A stretch of 64,000 nucleotides of DNA from Tepidisphaeraceae bacterium (GCA_049840775.1 JASGJJ010000005.1:1453762-1517761); one strand, 5' to 3'; shown: positions 1-9,283, counted from the first letter of the stretch. The notes: a model not told the origin generated them from the sequence alone. Translations and numbers: made by a program.

Positions 1-1621
1 GAGGCTGACGTCCCGCAGCGCCGGCTGCTGGCCTTCATAGCTGAAGCCGACGTTGCGGAACTCGATCTTCCCTTTCACTGTCGGCAGCGTGACCGCCTCG
101 GCCTTGGAGAAGATTTCCGGTGGCGTATCGAGCACTTCGAACACCCGCTGTGCGCTGCTGGCCGCCCGTGTCACCATGCGGGCGCTGTCGGCCAATCCGC
201 TGATCGGGCCGAAGAACAGCTGCACGTAGAACGTGAATGCGAAAAGCGTCCCGACCGTGTTTTTGGTGTCGTTCGGCGTCGAATACTTGATAACGAAGTA
301 CCCGCCGATCACCCAGACCAGCAGCAGACTCAACCGCATGATGCCGCTCACCAGTGGCTGGAGCTGCCACCACATGCGGTTCACTTCCTGCTCTTTTTCC
401 GTGAAGGTGTTGTTTCGGCTGTCGAAGCGTTTGATTTCCCGCTGCTCGCCGGCGAAGGCTTTGACGACACGCACGCCGCCCATGCGCATCGCCGACGACG
501 GCGCTGATGCGGCTCCAGTAGGTCCACATGTCGCCCGAACATCGCGTGCATCTTTTTGCCCCGCCACCATGTCACGACCGCGATCACCGGCAACGGCACG
601 AGGCTGACCAGCGCGAGCCGCCAGTTCATCGTGAACATGATCAATACGCTGACGGTGATCATCAGCACGTCGCGGACGACATTCACGGAACCGAAGACGA
701 TGAAGTCCCACAATCGATCCGTGTCGTTGGTAACACGTGTGATCAGGCTGCCACTGCGGCGTTTTGCGAAGAACCGCATCGACAGCTTGTGTAGATGGGC
801 GTAAACGTCATGGCGAAGGTCACGCGTCACGCGTGTGCCGACGATGGAGAGAATCGCCATGCGGCCGCCGCCGACGATTTCGCTCATCAAAATCACAGCC
901 GCGAAGATGCCCGCCCAGAGAAACAGGTTCGTAAACCGTTCGCCGGTCGTGAGCGTTGTATTTGAAATCGCCGAGTCGATGAGGTGTTTCTGGACGATGC
1001 CCGGCGCCGTCGCAAAGCCGGCGTGAATAAGCGTTAGCGTCAGTGCCGCGATCAGGTAGCCGCGGTACGGCTTGGCGACGTCCATCAGTCGCCAGAGGAC
1101 GGTTTTGCTTTGGGCGCAGTTCGGGCAGACGCTTTGCGCGTAGGCCGGGATGCGGCGGCCGCATTTGTGCAAACATCGGCCTGCTCGGCCTGCTGCTCGA
1201 CGCGGTCGAGCCATTCGGGACGGTCTTCGCGCTTCGCATCCGGGTCGGGCAGCAGCCGCCCGAGTTTGCGGTTCAGCCGCGTGACGTCTTTGCGATATTT
1301 TCGGGAATACCGCAGCTGGACGGCCGATTCATCGGTTCGGATGAACAGCCGGTCCATGCCGACGCCTTCGACGATTTTCGCTTCTTTGATGGCGTCAACG
1401 TCGGTCACCGTCACGTCGCCGTTGATGACGAATAACTGCCTCGGCGTCAGCACGGCGTACGACTGTTCGAATGCGTTGGCGTCGTTCAGATCGAGTTCCG
1501 CCCAGTCCAGGACGGTCTGCTCTCCGAGGCTGCCCGACAATCGCGAAGACAGCTCCGGAGGCAGTGAATTCTTAGCTTTTTCCGGCGACAAGGTGGAAGA
1601 CGACATGCGGGAAAGCACCAT
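1..1621 (-). CDS. ABC transporter permease/ATPase fusion (MsbA-like). Only the 5' part is present; the 3' end lies beyond the window start. It has an N-terminal ~150-aa soluble extension plus a Cys4 zinc ribbon, and at least 3 apparent frameshifts.
   Basis: Track ORFs 1085..1621(-) and 381..1214(-) join as ..DRVEQQAEQA|GRCLHKCGRRIPAYAQSVCPNCAQS.. (~1178). ORF 381..1214 carries an ABC-type transmembrane domain (..FAKRRSGSLITRVTNDTDRLWDF..). My own translation of 1..530(-) continues it through two more frame changes (~525, ~482): ..WTYWSRISAVVGDA|GGVRVVKAFAGEQREIKRFDSRN.. It runs on to ..KGKIEFRNVGFSYEGQQPALRDVSL, the start of the nucleotide-binding domain, at position 1. Confidence 0.75.
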
Positions 1622-1668
1622 GCCTTTGACCTAACAAAATGTCAACTTCGTTGTTACACTTCCCTGGC

Positions 1669-2401
1669 ATGACGCCAACGAAGTCGGCTCTCGTCACTGG
1701 CGGCGCGAAACGGGTCGGCCGGGCGATTGTTGAATGCCTGTCGGCCGCCGGTTACCGCGTCATTTTCACCTACAACACCAGCAAACCGGCCGCGGACGAA
1801 CTGGTCCAGCAGGTGTCCGCCAAGGCGGGCAGGCGTACGCCGTTGAGCTGGACCTGGCCAATCCGGACACGGCGTCAAGGCTGGCGAATTCGTTCGCCTG
1901 AACTGCAACGATCGGCTCGACATCCTGGTCAACAATGCGTCGCTGTTCATTGCGGACGACACGCCACTCGGCCCGTCGCCGGCACTGCAACGGCGGCTGT
2001 TCGAAGTGAACGCCTTCGCGCCGACGACCATCACGGCCGCCCTTCACCCGGCGTTGCGGACGGCGGGCGGGTGTGTGATCAACTTCATCGACCTCCTCGC
2101 AGAGCGACCCTGGCCGACCTATTCGGCATATTGCGCCAGCAAGGCGGCGTTGCGAATCACGACGATGGCGCAGGTGCGCCTGACGGCGCCGCACATTCGA
2201 GTCAACGGCATAGCGCCGGGTGTCATCGATTGGCCCGAGGCGATGCCGATGGCGGACCGTTCCGCCTATCTGAAAAAAGTCCCCCTCGGCCGGGCCGGCA
2301 CGCCGAAGGACGCCGCCAATCTCGTTTTAACGATCGCTGAACACCTGCCTTACGTCACGGGTGATGTCATCCGGCTCGACGGCGGGCGATCACTCGTCTG
2401 A
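1669..2401 (+). CDS. SDR-family oxidoreductase (pteridine reductase/FolM-like), with two apparent frameshifts
   Basis: ORFs 1639..2340 and 2006..2401 form one gene. It has the Rossmann motif MTPTKSALVTGGAKRVGRAI, then LVNNASLF, the catalytic YSAYCASKAAL (YxxxK) and a C-terminal PYVTGDVIRLDGG. My re-translation needs frame changes at ~1828 and ~1905 (..VSAKAG|QAYAVELDLANPDTASRLANSFA|LNCNDRLDILVNNAS..). Confidence 0.7.
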
Positions 2402-2423
2402 TTTGTTAGACTCCCGCCAACCT

Positions 2424-3113
2424 ATGTCACGCCCAGCCGTCTTTTTCGATCGCGATAACACGCTCATCGTCGGCAATGAATACCTCGGCGACCCGGCCGG
2501 CGTCGTGCTCGTCCGCGGTGCCGCCGACGCCGTCGCCGCCTGCCATGACCTCGGGTTCGCCGTCGTCACTGTCAGCAATCAGTCCGGCGTCGCGCGCGGC
2601 ATGTTTTCCGAGCACGACGTCTCCCTCGTCAACGCACGCATGGAAGAAATGCTGCAAAGCGACAATTCGAAAGCGACGATCGATCGTCACGAGTATTGCC
2701 CGCATCACCCGCAGGGCACGACGGCCGGCTATGCGTTCGATTGCGACTGCCGAAAGCCGAAGCCCGGCATGATTCTGCGTGCCGCGGGTGCGATGGACAT
2801 TGATCTCGCGGCGTCATGGCTGGTCGGCGATGCGCCCCGCGATGTCGCCGCCGGGAAGACGGCCGGGTGCCGAACGATTTTGATCGTTGATCCGACGCTC
2901 CCCGCCTCGCCGGCCGCGTCGGCGGCGTCGGATATCACGGCTGATTTTGTCGTCACTTCGCTGCCCGAAGCGGTCGAAATCATCCAAAAGGAATCAAAGC
3001 CCACCGCCGCCCAGCACGAAATGCCAGCCGCGCCGGCTCTTGCCACCGAACCAACTACCCGGCCAGTGTTTGAAACACCGAAAACCGGCCGCCAAGGCAA
3101 CCGAAGTCGATAA
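2424..3113 (+). CDS. gmhB: HAD-IIIA phosphatase (D,D-heptose-1,7-bisphosphate phosphatase GmhB / histidinol-phosphatase type)
   Basis: The gene uses an internal ATG of track ORF 2361..3113. HAD motifs are MSRPAVFFDRDNTLI (motif I), VTVSNQSGVARG (motif II), the Zn/Lys region CPHHP..CDCRKPKPGM and WLVGDAPRDVAAG (motif IV). The tail after ~aa 190 is low-complexity (A/P/T-rich). Confidence 0.8.
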   Translation: MSRPAVFFDRDNTLIVGNEYLGDPAGVVLVRGAADAVAACHDLGFAVVTVSNQSGVARGMFSEHDVSLVNARMEEMLQSDNSKATIDRHEYCPHHPQGTTAGYAFDCDCRKPKPGMILRAAGAMDIDLAASWLVGDAPRDVAAGKTAGCRTILIVDPTLPASPAASAASDITADFVVTSLPEAVEIIQKESKPTAAQHEMPAAPALATEPTTRPVFETPKTGRQGNRSR

Positions 3114-3150
3114 GGCGGCGGTCACGAAGATCGACCTCAGCCGGCTGGAG

Positions 3151-3384
3151 ATGCTCAATCAGCAGGTTCTGATGGAGCTGAAAAAGCTGAACGACGTCCG
3201 GCACGACGATTTTTCGATCAGCAAACTCGTCGCGGGCATCATGCAAACGCTGGCCTTGGCGGCTCTGCCGCTGGCGTATGTGCTTTACCGCAACGACGCC
3301 GGCGTGTTTCAATCCTGGCTGCTGACGGCGATCTTCCTCCAGGTCTTCACGATCGCCCTGCTCGTCATGGGGCGACAGCAGTAA
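3151..3384 (+). CDS. Small two-TM membrane protein, or the C-terminal membrane anchor of the preceding HAD phosphatase
   Basis: In the frame of track ORF 2887..3384 it reads MLNQQVLMELKKLNDVRHDDFSISKLVAGIMQTLALAALPLAYVLYRNDAGVFQSWLLTAIFLQVFTIALLVMGRQQ, with two hydrophobic helices. The same frame is open upstream and joins the gmhB frame if the A4 run at 3079-3082 carries a 1-nt indel. Confidence 0.35.
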   Translation: MLNQQVLMELKKLNDVRHDDFSISKLVAGIMQTLALAALPLAYVLYRNDAGVFQSWLLTAIFLQVFTIALLVMGRQQ

Positions 3385-3392
3385 ACGAAAAC

Positions 3393-3427
3393 GGCAGGGC
3401 CGTCGAAACGGCCCTGCCTTGGGTTTG
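3393..3427. terminator. GC-rich hairpin between convergent genes (likely a bidirectional intrinsic terminator)
   Basis: GGCAGGGCCG (3393-3402) pairs with CGGCCCTGCC (3409-3418) around the loop TCGAAA, followed by TTGGGTTTG. It sits between the stops at 3384(+) and 3450(-). Confidence 0.6.
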
Positions 3428-3449
3428 CTGCGACTGATTTTACAGTCGA

Positions 3450-4053
3450 TTACTTAGCGTATTTAACGGTGCAGCCGTAGGGCTTGGTTTCGGCCTTGGT
3501 GACCGCTTTGCCCGCGATCGTTTCGTCCAAGGCGGCGGCGACGTAGTTCGTCGACGCGGCGATGTCATTGCTGTCTGCCGAGTTCGTGCTGTCGATCGCG
3601 CCGCTGTAAACGACCTTGCCGGTGCCGTCGACGACGAACATCTGCGGGGTGTTGGTCGCGCCGTAGAGTTTGCCGACCTTACCGGCGTGGTCGTCGAGAA
3701 TCGGCCGGCTCATTTTCCATTTCTTATCGACTTCGGCGTTGTGCGAAACGTCGGCAGAATTCGTGGAGTTGATCGCCAGCCAGACAACGCCCTTCTCGGC
3801 GTACTTGGTGGCGGTGGCGTTCATTGAACCGGTGCTGTAGTGCTTTTTGACATACGGACAGCCGTCGTTGAACCATTCGAGGACGACCGTCTTGCCGGCG
3901 TAATCCGAAAGCTTAACGGCCTTACCGTTCTGGTCCGTCAGGGTGAAATCCGGCGGCCTGTTGGCCGACTTCGACTTTGGCCTGCGTGAAAGCGGCCGAG
4001 GAAAGCAGTGCGACAGCGGCCAGAGCCGAGAGGGAACGAATTCGCAGACGCAT
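3450..4053 (-). CDS. Secreted thioredoxin-fold (redoxin/TlpA-like) protein with a non-canonical CPYV site; one apparent frameshift
   Basis: ATG 4053 gives the signal peptide MRLRIRSLSALAAVALLSSAAFTQA. After a frame change at ~3958 it reads PDFTLTDQNGKAVKLSDYAGKTVVLEWFNDGCPYVKKHYSTGS and continues into track ORF 3450..3824 (..VVWLAINS..PQMFVVDGTGKVVYSGAID..KPYGCTVKYAK). Confidence 0.7.
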
Positions 4054-4126
4054 GAGTCACTCCTTGTAAGAAGATGGTTTCGGCAATCGGTACGCTACGC
4101 GAACTTCCGTGGATTGGGTATTTTCC

Positions 4127-4876
4127 TTATCCGCTTTTTTTATAACCAATAGACCAGTGCCGGAAAATTCTTCCGGCGGTGCCAGACAACACACGAAAAT
4201 CGACGGACCATTTGCCGTCCGTCTCTTGGGGCCTGGCGAATTCGAGTTCGTCGGATTTGGGAGGGAAAAAATCGACAACCTGTTCGCCGGCACCTGTCGT
4301 CAGCAGCAGTGTGCCGTGTTTTCCGTCGGGTTTGAAGGAGGCTTCAAGAACGGTCGGCGACGCCGGCCGGTCGGGCTGATCGGATAGCGCCAGGCGTCAA
4401 ACGCCTGCGGCCGGTTCGGTTGGCCGTCGCCGACGGGAACGTCACAGCGCCACCGTCTGGCGTTCGCTGACGCAGGTTTCGTCGCTGCAGACGACCCAAC
4501 TGACATTGGCCTTGAGTTCGACGGTCGATTTCGCTTCGGCCGGGACGGTGACGGTGTAGAGCAGCGTCGCCGCCTTCTGGTAGCCGAACGCCGTGACGGC
4601 CCCGTCCATGCGGTGCGGGACGGGAACTGGCGCGTCGCCGATTTTGACGCCGGCCGGCAGTTTCCATTTCGCCTTGGGTGGCGTGCCCGTTTCGCCAGGA
4701 TTCGCCCAGTAAATGTGCCAGCCCGGGTCGATCGTAAAATTCAGTGCGACCGTGAACGTATCGCCCGGCTTCACGGCGGTGCGGTCGGCGACGGCTTCGA
4801 CTTTGACGTGTCGCTGCTCCGCGAAAGCGACAGACGACAGCAACGCGACCGGCAGGAGAATGGCCCAGGGCTTCAT
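4127..4876 (-). CDS. Periplasmic protein with a DsbD N-terminal-type (thiol:disulfide interchange) domain; two apparent frameshifts
   Basis: ATG 4876 gives MKPWAILLPVALLSSVAFA (signal peptide). It continues ..FTIDPGWHIYWANPGETGTPPKAKWKLP.., ..VSWVVCSDETCV.. (track ORF 4442..5065). My translation then continues through frame changes at ~4445 and ~4365 to ..ASPTVLEASFKPDGKHGTLLLTTGAGEQVVDFFPPKSDELEFARPQETDGKWSVDFRV..GYKKSG, with the stop at 4127-4129. Confidence 0.6.
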
Positions 4877-4914
4877 GCCCGGATTCGACGGCGACGGTTT
4901 GGGTCGGGATGCGG

Positions 4915-6032
4915 TCAATCGTCGAGTTTTCCGAACGCCAGGCCCGTCGCCATCGGTTTCGGCCGGTCGTACGGCGTGGTGATTCGGATCGCACGGTCGC
5001 TGTTCGACGAATCCGTGAACGCCTGCATGATCTCGAGCGCGGCCAACGCGTTTTCGCCCGAGCAACGGTGCGGACGCCCGCTGCGGATGGACGTCGCCAT
5101 GTCCGCCAATCCCACCGCCCGGCCGTAACCGGTCGGGAAGGCGTGCGGCACTTCGACGAACTCATCGGGCTTGCCCTCTTCGAACCGGCAAAGGCGGACT
5201 TGGCCGTCGAAATTGTTCGGATCGGGCACGTGGAGCGTGCCTTCGGTGCCGTAGACGACGATCGGGCTGGCCGGCCCGCTGCCGGCCCGCATCGCAAAGC
5301 TCTGGATGACGCTGCCGACCGCGCCGTTTTCGAATTCGATCGTGCCCATGATGTGATCGGGCGTCGTCACATTGATGATCTGGCCCGCTAACGGTTTGCT
5401 GGTGATCAGCCGCGTCGGCTGGCTAATGCTGGCCATGCCCATCACGCGTTTGGCGGGGCCGAGCAGGTTCAGCAGCGCGCGTGACGTAGTACGGCCCCAT
5501 GTCGAGCATCGGGCCGCCGCCGGGCTGGAAGAAGAACGCCGGGTTCGCGTGCCAGTGCTCGTGGCCGCGGCTGATCATGAACGCGGTGAAGCCGATCGGC
5601 TTGCCGATCAGGCCGTCGTCGATGACCTTGCGCGCCGTCTGCAGGCCCGCGCCGAGGAAGGTATCAGGCGCGCAGCCGATGCGGAGGTTTCGCGCCTTAC
5701 CGTCGGCGATGAGTTCGCTGCGCCTGATTGACGTCGACGCCGAGCGGTTTTTCGAGGAACGTGTGCTTGCCGGCGGCGAGGGTTCGCAGGCCGACCGGCA
5801 CGTGGGCGGCGGGGATCGTGAGGTTCAGCACGATCTCGATTGACGGATCGGCCAAGAGCTCATCGACCGAGCAGGCTTTTTTGACGCCGAATTCAGTCGC
5901 TTTGGCTTTGGCGGCTTCGACATTCAGGTCCGCCAGTGCAACGAATTCAATGGCTTCGAGGTTTTTCGCGGCCTTGAGGTATTGGCCGCTGATTCCGCCC
6001 GTTCCGATCATCCCCACGCGCGTTGCCGACAT
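4915..6032 (-). CDS. Gfo/Idh/MocA-family NAD(P)-dependent oxidoreductase; two apparent frameshifts
   Basis: The N-terminus [29 protein letters not shown] is in ORF 5697..6056. The middle part [57 protein letters not shown] was recovered by my translation of 5487-5715. The C-terminus is ORF 4915..5445 (..[16 protein letters not shown]..). Frame changes lie at ~5715 and ~5487. Confidence 0.75.
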
Positions 6033-6086
6033 AGTGCTCTCTCCGTTGGCGAGCATTGTGGCGGCAAGTCGGGCGGTTGCAAATCG

Positions 6087-6539
6087 TTAGCCGCCTCGGG
6101 CGATTTTCTTCCGGGCGGCGACGGCGAGTTCGTCACAGCGATTGTTGTCGACATCCACCGAGTGCCCACGCACCCATTTCCATTCGATGTGATGCGTGGC
6201 CGTGAGCACGAGCAGCTTTTCCCACAAGTCCTGGTTCTTCACCGGCTGCTTGCTGGCGGTCTTCCAACCCTTGGCGACCCAACCCTTGAGCCAGCCCTTG
6301 GTGAAGGCGTTTTTGACGTATTCGCTGTCGGTGATGAGCATGACCGCGGCCGGCTCTTTGAGGCAGGTGAGCGCCTCGATGACGGCGGTGATTTCCATGC
6401 GGTTATTCGTGGAATCTTTTTCGCCGCCGCTGATTTCCTTGCGCTTGCCCGTCGCGACATCAATGAGAATCGCCGCCCAGCCGCCGGTGCCGGGGTTGGG
6501 GTCGCAGGCGCCGTCGGTAAAGATGCGGACTTCGCGCAT
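6087..6539 (-). CDS. rnhA: Ribonuclease HI
   Basis: The 150-aa ORF reads MREVRIFTDGACDPNPGTGGWAAIL..STNNRMEITAVIEAL..ITDSEYV..WVRGHSVDVDNNRCDELA. This gives the canonical D-E-D-D RNase H1 layout. Confidence 0.9.
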   Translation of the reverse strand: MREVRIFTDGACDPNPGTGGWAAILIDVATGKRKEISGGEKDSTNNRMEITAVIEALTCLKEPAAVMLITDSEYVKNAFTKGWLKGWVAKGWKTASKQPVKNQDLWEKLLVLTATHHIEWKWVRGHSVDVDNNRCDELAVAARKKIARGG

Positions 6540-6556
6540 AGATGGATCGGTGAGTG

Positions 6557-6636
6557 GGTAAGTCGTTGAGTCGGTGAGTCGTGAAGACGAAGTATCGAAG
6601 TCGTATTCTTACGACTCACCGACTCAACGACTTACC
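6557..6636. repeat. Long perfect palindrome (26-bp stem, 28-nt loop) in the rnhA-upstream spacer
   Basis: 6557-6582 GGTAAGTCGTTGAGTCGGTGAGTCGT is the exact reverse complement of 6611-6636. The stem can extend by GAAGACGA/TCGTATTC with 1 mismatch and a 2-nt bulge. Confidence 0.85.
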
Positions 6637-6653
6637 GACACAACGCGGCTGCT

Positions 6654-7541
6654 TTAGTTCTGCGGCGGGGTTTCGCCGGCCTCTTCGTCGGTATCGACAC
6701 TCGTGACAACGCTGCTGGCGAGCGTCTGCCGCTGCACCGGCGCCGCCAGTTCGCTGGCCTTGGGCTTGCGTTCCCGCTTCGCCTTGGGCTTGTGGACGGC
6801 TTTTTCGACCGTCAGTTCCTGCGGGATGTACAGAATTCGGCCGCACTGCGGGCAGAAAGTGAGATCGTCCCGGCTGTGCAGGCGGTTGTAGACGTCGACG
6901 GTGAGATCGATGTTGCACGTCATCGCGATGTACTCTTCGCGTTTCGGGTGCGGCTTGTCGATGGCTTCGATCGCTTCGCCGTCGTAACGGTCGGCCAAGC
7001 GGTTGTAGACGGTCAGCGCCTTGTCCGGGACGGCGGTGGCGGCTTCGTCGCGGGCCGGGCGGAGCGCGTCGATTTCGATCGTCAGTTCCTTCACCCGGTC
7101 GTCGATCTGGGCGGCCATGGTGTCGAGCTTGCCTTGCTCGGTTTCCTGTTGCTTGGCAAGGATTTGCGCTTCGCCGCCCTGCTTTTCCAGCTGCTCCATC
7201 ACGACAAGGGCTTCTTCTTCGAATTTGCCCTTATCGACCTTGTGGGTGTTGATCTGGACGAGAAACGCCTGGTATTCGCGGTTCGTCTGGGCACCGTTCT
7301 GCTGTTCGCGGAGGTGCTCGATTTTCTGCTCTCGCGACTGAATTTCGAGGTTTAACTCGGCAGAACGTGCCCCTAAACGGGTGTGCTCTGTTTTAGCGGT
7401 GGCGTGCTTGGCGGCGAGGTCTTCGACCTTCTTCTTCTGGAGCCGGACATTCCGCGTGGCACTGTCGAGTCGGGCCTGGGCCTCACGGAGCTGGGTATCG
7501 GCCGCAAAAAGCTTTACTAACGCCTGATTCGTCGGGCCCAT
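6654..7541 (-). CDS. Coiled-coil / C4 zinc-ribbon protein (COG1579/DUF164-like)
   Basis: The 295-aa ORF has a long heptad-rich region (..LREAQARLDSATRNVRLQKKKVEDL..) followed by ..AMTCNIDLTVDVYNRL..LTFCPQCGRILY. It ends in a basic, acidic-tipped tail. Confidence 0.65.
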   Translation of the reverse strand: MGPTNQALVKLFAADTQLREAQARLDSATRNVRLQKKKVEDLAAKHATAKTEHTRLGARSAELNLEIQSREQKIEHLREQQNGAQTNREYQAFLVQINTHKVDKGKFEEEALVVMEQLEKQGGEAQILAKQQETEQGKLDTMAAQIDDRVKELTIEIDALRPARDEAATAVPDKALTVYNRLADRYDGEAIEAIDKPHPKREEYIAMTCNIDLTVDVYNRLHSRDDLTFCPQCGRILYIPQELTVEKAVHKPKAKRERKPKASELAAPVQRQTLASSVVTSVDTDEEAGETPPQN

Positions 7542-7804
7542 CGATGCGTCCTTTTTGTCAAATGGAACGTCTTATGATGCCAGAACTCTCCCATTTTGGA
7601 AAGCGGCACTCCGGCCGGGAAAAAGTCGGGTGCGGTGAAAAATCGCGACGGGACGGATTTTTGTAACAAGTCTTGGGCGGTATCGTTCGATAATAAGTAC
7701 ACGCGCCGCGATTTTGACGCGGCCTGTGCGTTCAGGACCAACGCGCCCCATTGGGTGTCGTTCCGCTTTTCGTCCGAACCGAGTTTGTGGAAAGGACTGC
7801 ATTT

Positions 7805-9283
7805 ATGTCGCTTCGTTCGTTTGAAAACCGCGGGACGGAAACCAAGGCCCGCGCCCTCCTGGAAGGCTTGGAAGATCGTAAGCTGATGGCGTCGACCCCG
7901 ACGATCATCGGCATCAAGATCGCCAAGGCTGCCGATACCGACAACACCGCCCTCAACCAGAACCGCATCACGATCGCCTTCAGCGGCACGATCCGCCTCG
8001 GCGACGTGAACCAGTTCAGCTCTTTCGGCTACGCCAACGACCTCTCGGACTACAGCCAGCAGGTCAAAAAACGCGTCGGCATGACGATCACGCAGCCGGC
8101 CAGCAACTACATCCAGATCATCACCGACCGCCTGATCCGCAAGGGCAGCCGTCTGACGATTCTCTCGGGTGGTCTGACCGACAAGAACGGCACGGCGCTG
8201 ATCTACGACGCCACCACCGCCGCCAAGACCATTACGTTCAACGTCGGCCAGAACAAGATGCGGTACTCGTTGTCCAACCGCAACTTCGTTGCCTCGGACC
8301 TCTCGTACTTCGACCCTGACGTCTTCACCAGCGCCCCGACCCCGACCACCGCCAGCACCACCCCCAGCTCGGCCACGATTCGTGCGAACCTGGTCACCTT
8401 CCTGAACAAGAAGGTGTCGGCGGGCATCATCACCAGCGCCCAGGCCTCGGCGGCGATCACGAATTACTACGACAGCAGCACCGTCGCCGCGATCATACCG
8501 AATGCCAACCTGCGTGCGGCCCTCGCCAGCCTCGTCGGCACCGCCGCCGAGCCGGCCATCGCCAGCTACATCGGCAAGACCAACGTCACCGGCAAGCAGT
8601 ACACGCTGGTCGACTTCGGCACCGTCTCCTCGGGCACCCCGGTCGGTGAAACCAAGCTCTCCCCGGGCGGCCGTCTGAACCTGACGATCAACAGCGCCTT
8701 CGCCGGCGAGCCGTTCCAGGTCCTCTCGGCCACCCTCGCCCACGAAGCCCTCCACCAGGATGCCGCTAACAACAGCGGCGGCGACCTGCCGAGCTCGCAG
8801 GACGAAGAAATCATCGCCAACGCGGTTGAAACCATCGTCTACGCCCAGCAACTGCTCGTCGACGGCAGCATCGCCGGCAACGGCACGAAGCTCGTCGTCC
8901 GCACGAACACCCGCCTGCTCGCCCTCCTGAACTCCGGTGACGGCCTGTTCCCGTACGGCGGCATCAAGCAAGACCCGGCCCTGTACAGCAACGGCAACGT
9001 GTTCGTCGGCGCCAAGGCCAACCCGGGCGGCTTCGGCAGCACCACCGTCAAGAGCTTCGAAGACTGGATCCGTCGCGAATACGTCTTCCGCGGCTTCAGC
9101 GCCGGTGCCACCACTAACAGCGCCGTCGGCCAGGCGATCCTGAAGAATATCGTCGGCTCGTCCTACAACGTCACCCAGCTCGGCACGACCACAGAAACCG
9201 CGCTCGACGTCGGCAACACCCTGCTGACCGACGTGAACTACATCAAGCTCGCGATCACCCTCAAGCTCTCGTACGGTGCCTAA
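7805..9283 (+). CDS. Hypothetical secreted protein with an LExLExR-type N-terminus and an HExxH motif
   Basis: It uses ATG 7805 inside track ORF 7751..9283. The N-terminus is MSLRSFENRGTETKARALLEGLEDRKLMAST. The protein is T/S/A-rich and beta-rich, with ..LSATLAHEALHQDAANN..QDEEIIANAVE.. I recognise no close family. Confidence 0.6.
   Translation: MSLRSFENRGTETKARALLEGLEDRKLMASTPTIIGIKIAKAADTDNTALNQNRITIAFSGTIRLGDVNQFSSFGYANDLSDYSQQVKKRVGMTITQPASNYIQIITDRLIRKGSRLTILSGGLTDKNGTALIYDATTAAKTITFNVGQNKMRYSLSNRNFVASDLSYFDPDVFTSAPTPTTASTTPSSATIRANLVTFLNKKVSAGIITSAQASAAITNYYDSSTVAAIIPNANLRAALASLVGTAAEPAIASYIGKTNVTGKQYTLVDFGTVSSGTPVGETKLSPGGRLNLTINSAFAGEPFQVLSATLAHEALHQDAANNSGGDLPSSQDEEIIANAVETIVYAQQLLVDGSIAGNGTKLVVRTNTRLLALLNSGDGLFPYGGIKQDPALYSNGNVFVGAKANPGGFGSTTVKSFEDWIRREYVFRGFSAGATTNSAVGQAILKNIVGSSYNVTQLGTTTETALDVGNTLLTDVNYIKLAITLKLSYGA

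Noticed and set aside
7517-8971. 484-aa ORF on the minus strand
   Set aside because: It is entirely antisense to the better-supported 7805..9283 gene. Its composition is A/G/R/V/D-rich, typical of shadow ORFs in high-GC DNA, and it has no motifs.
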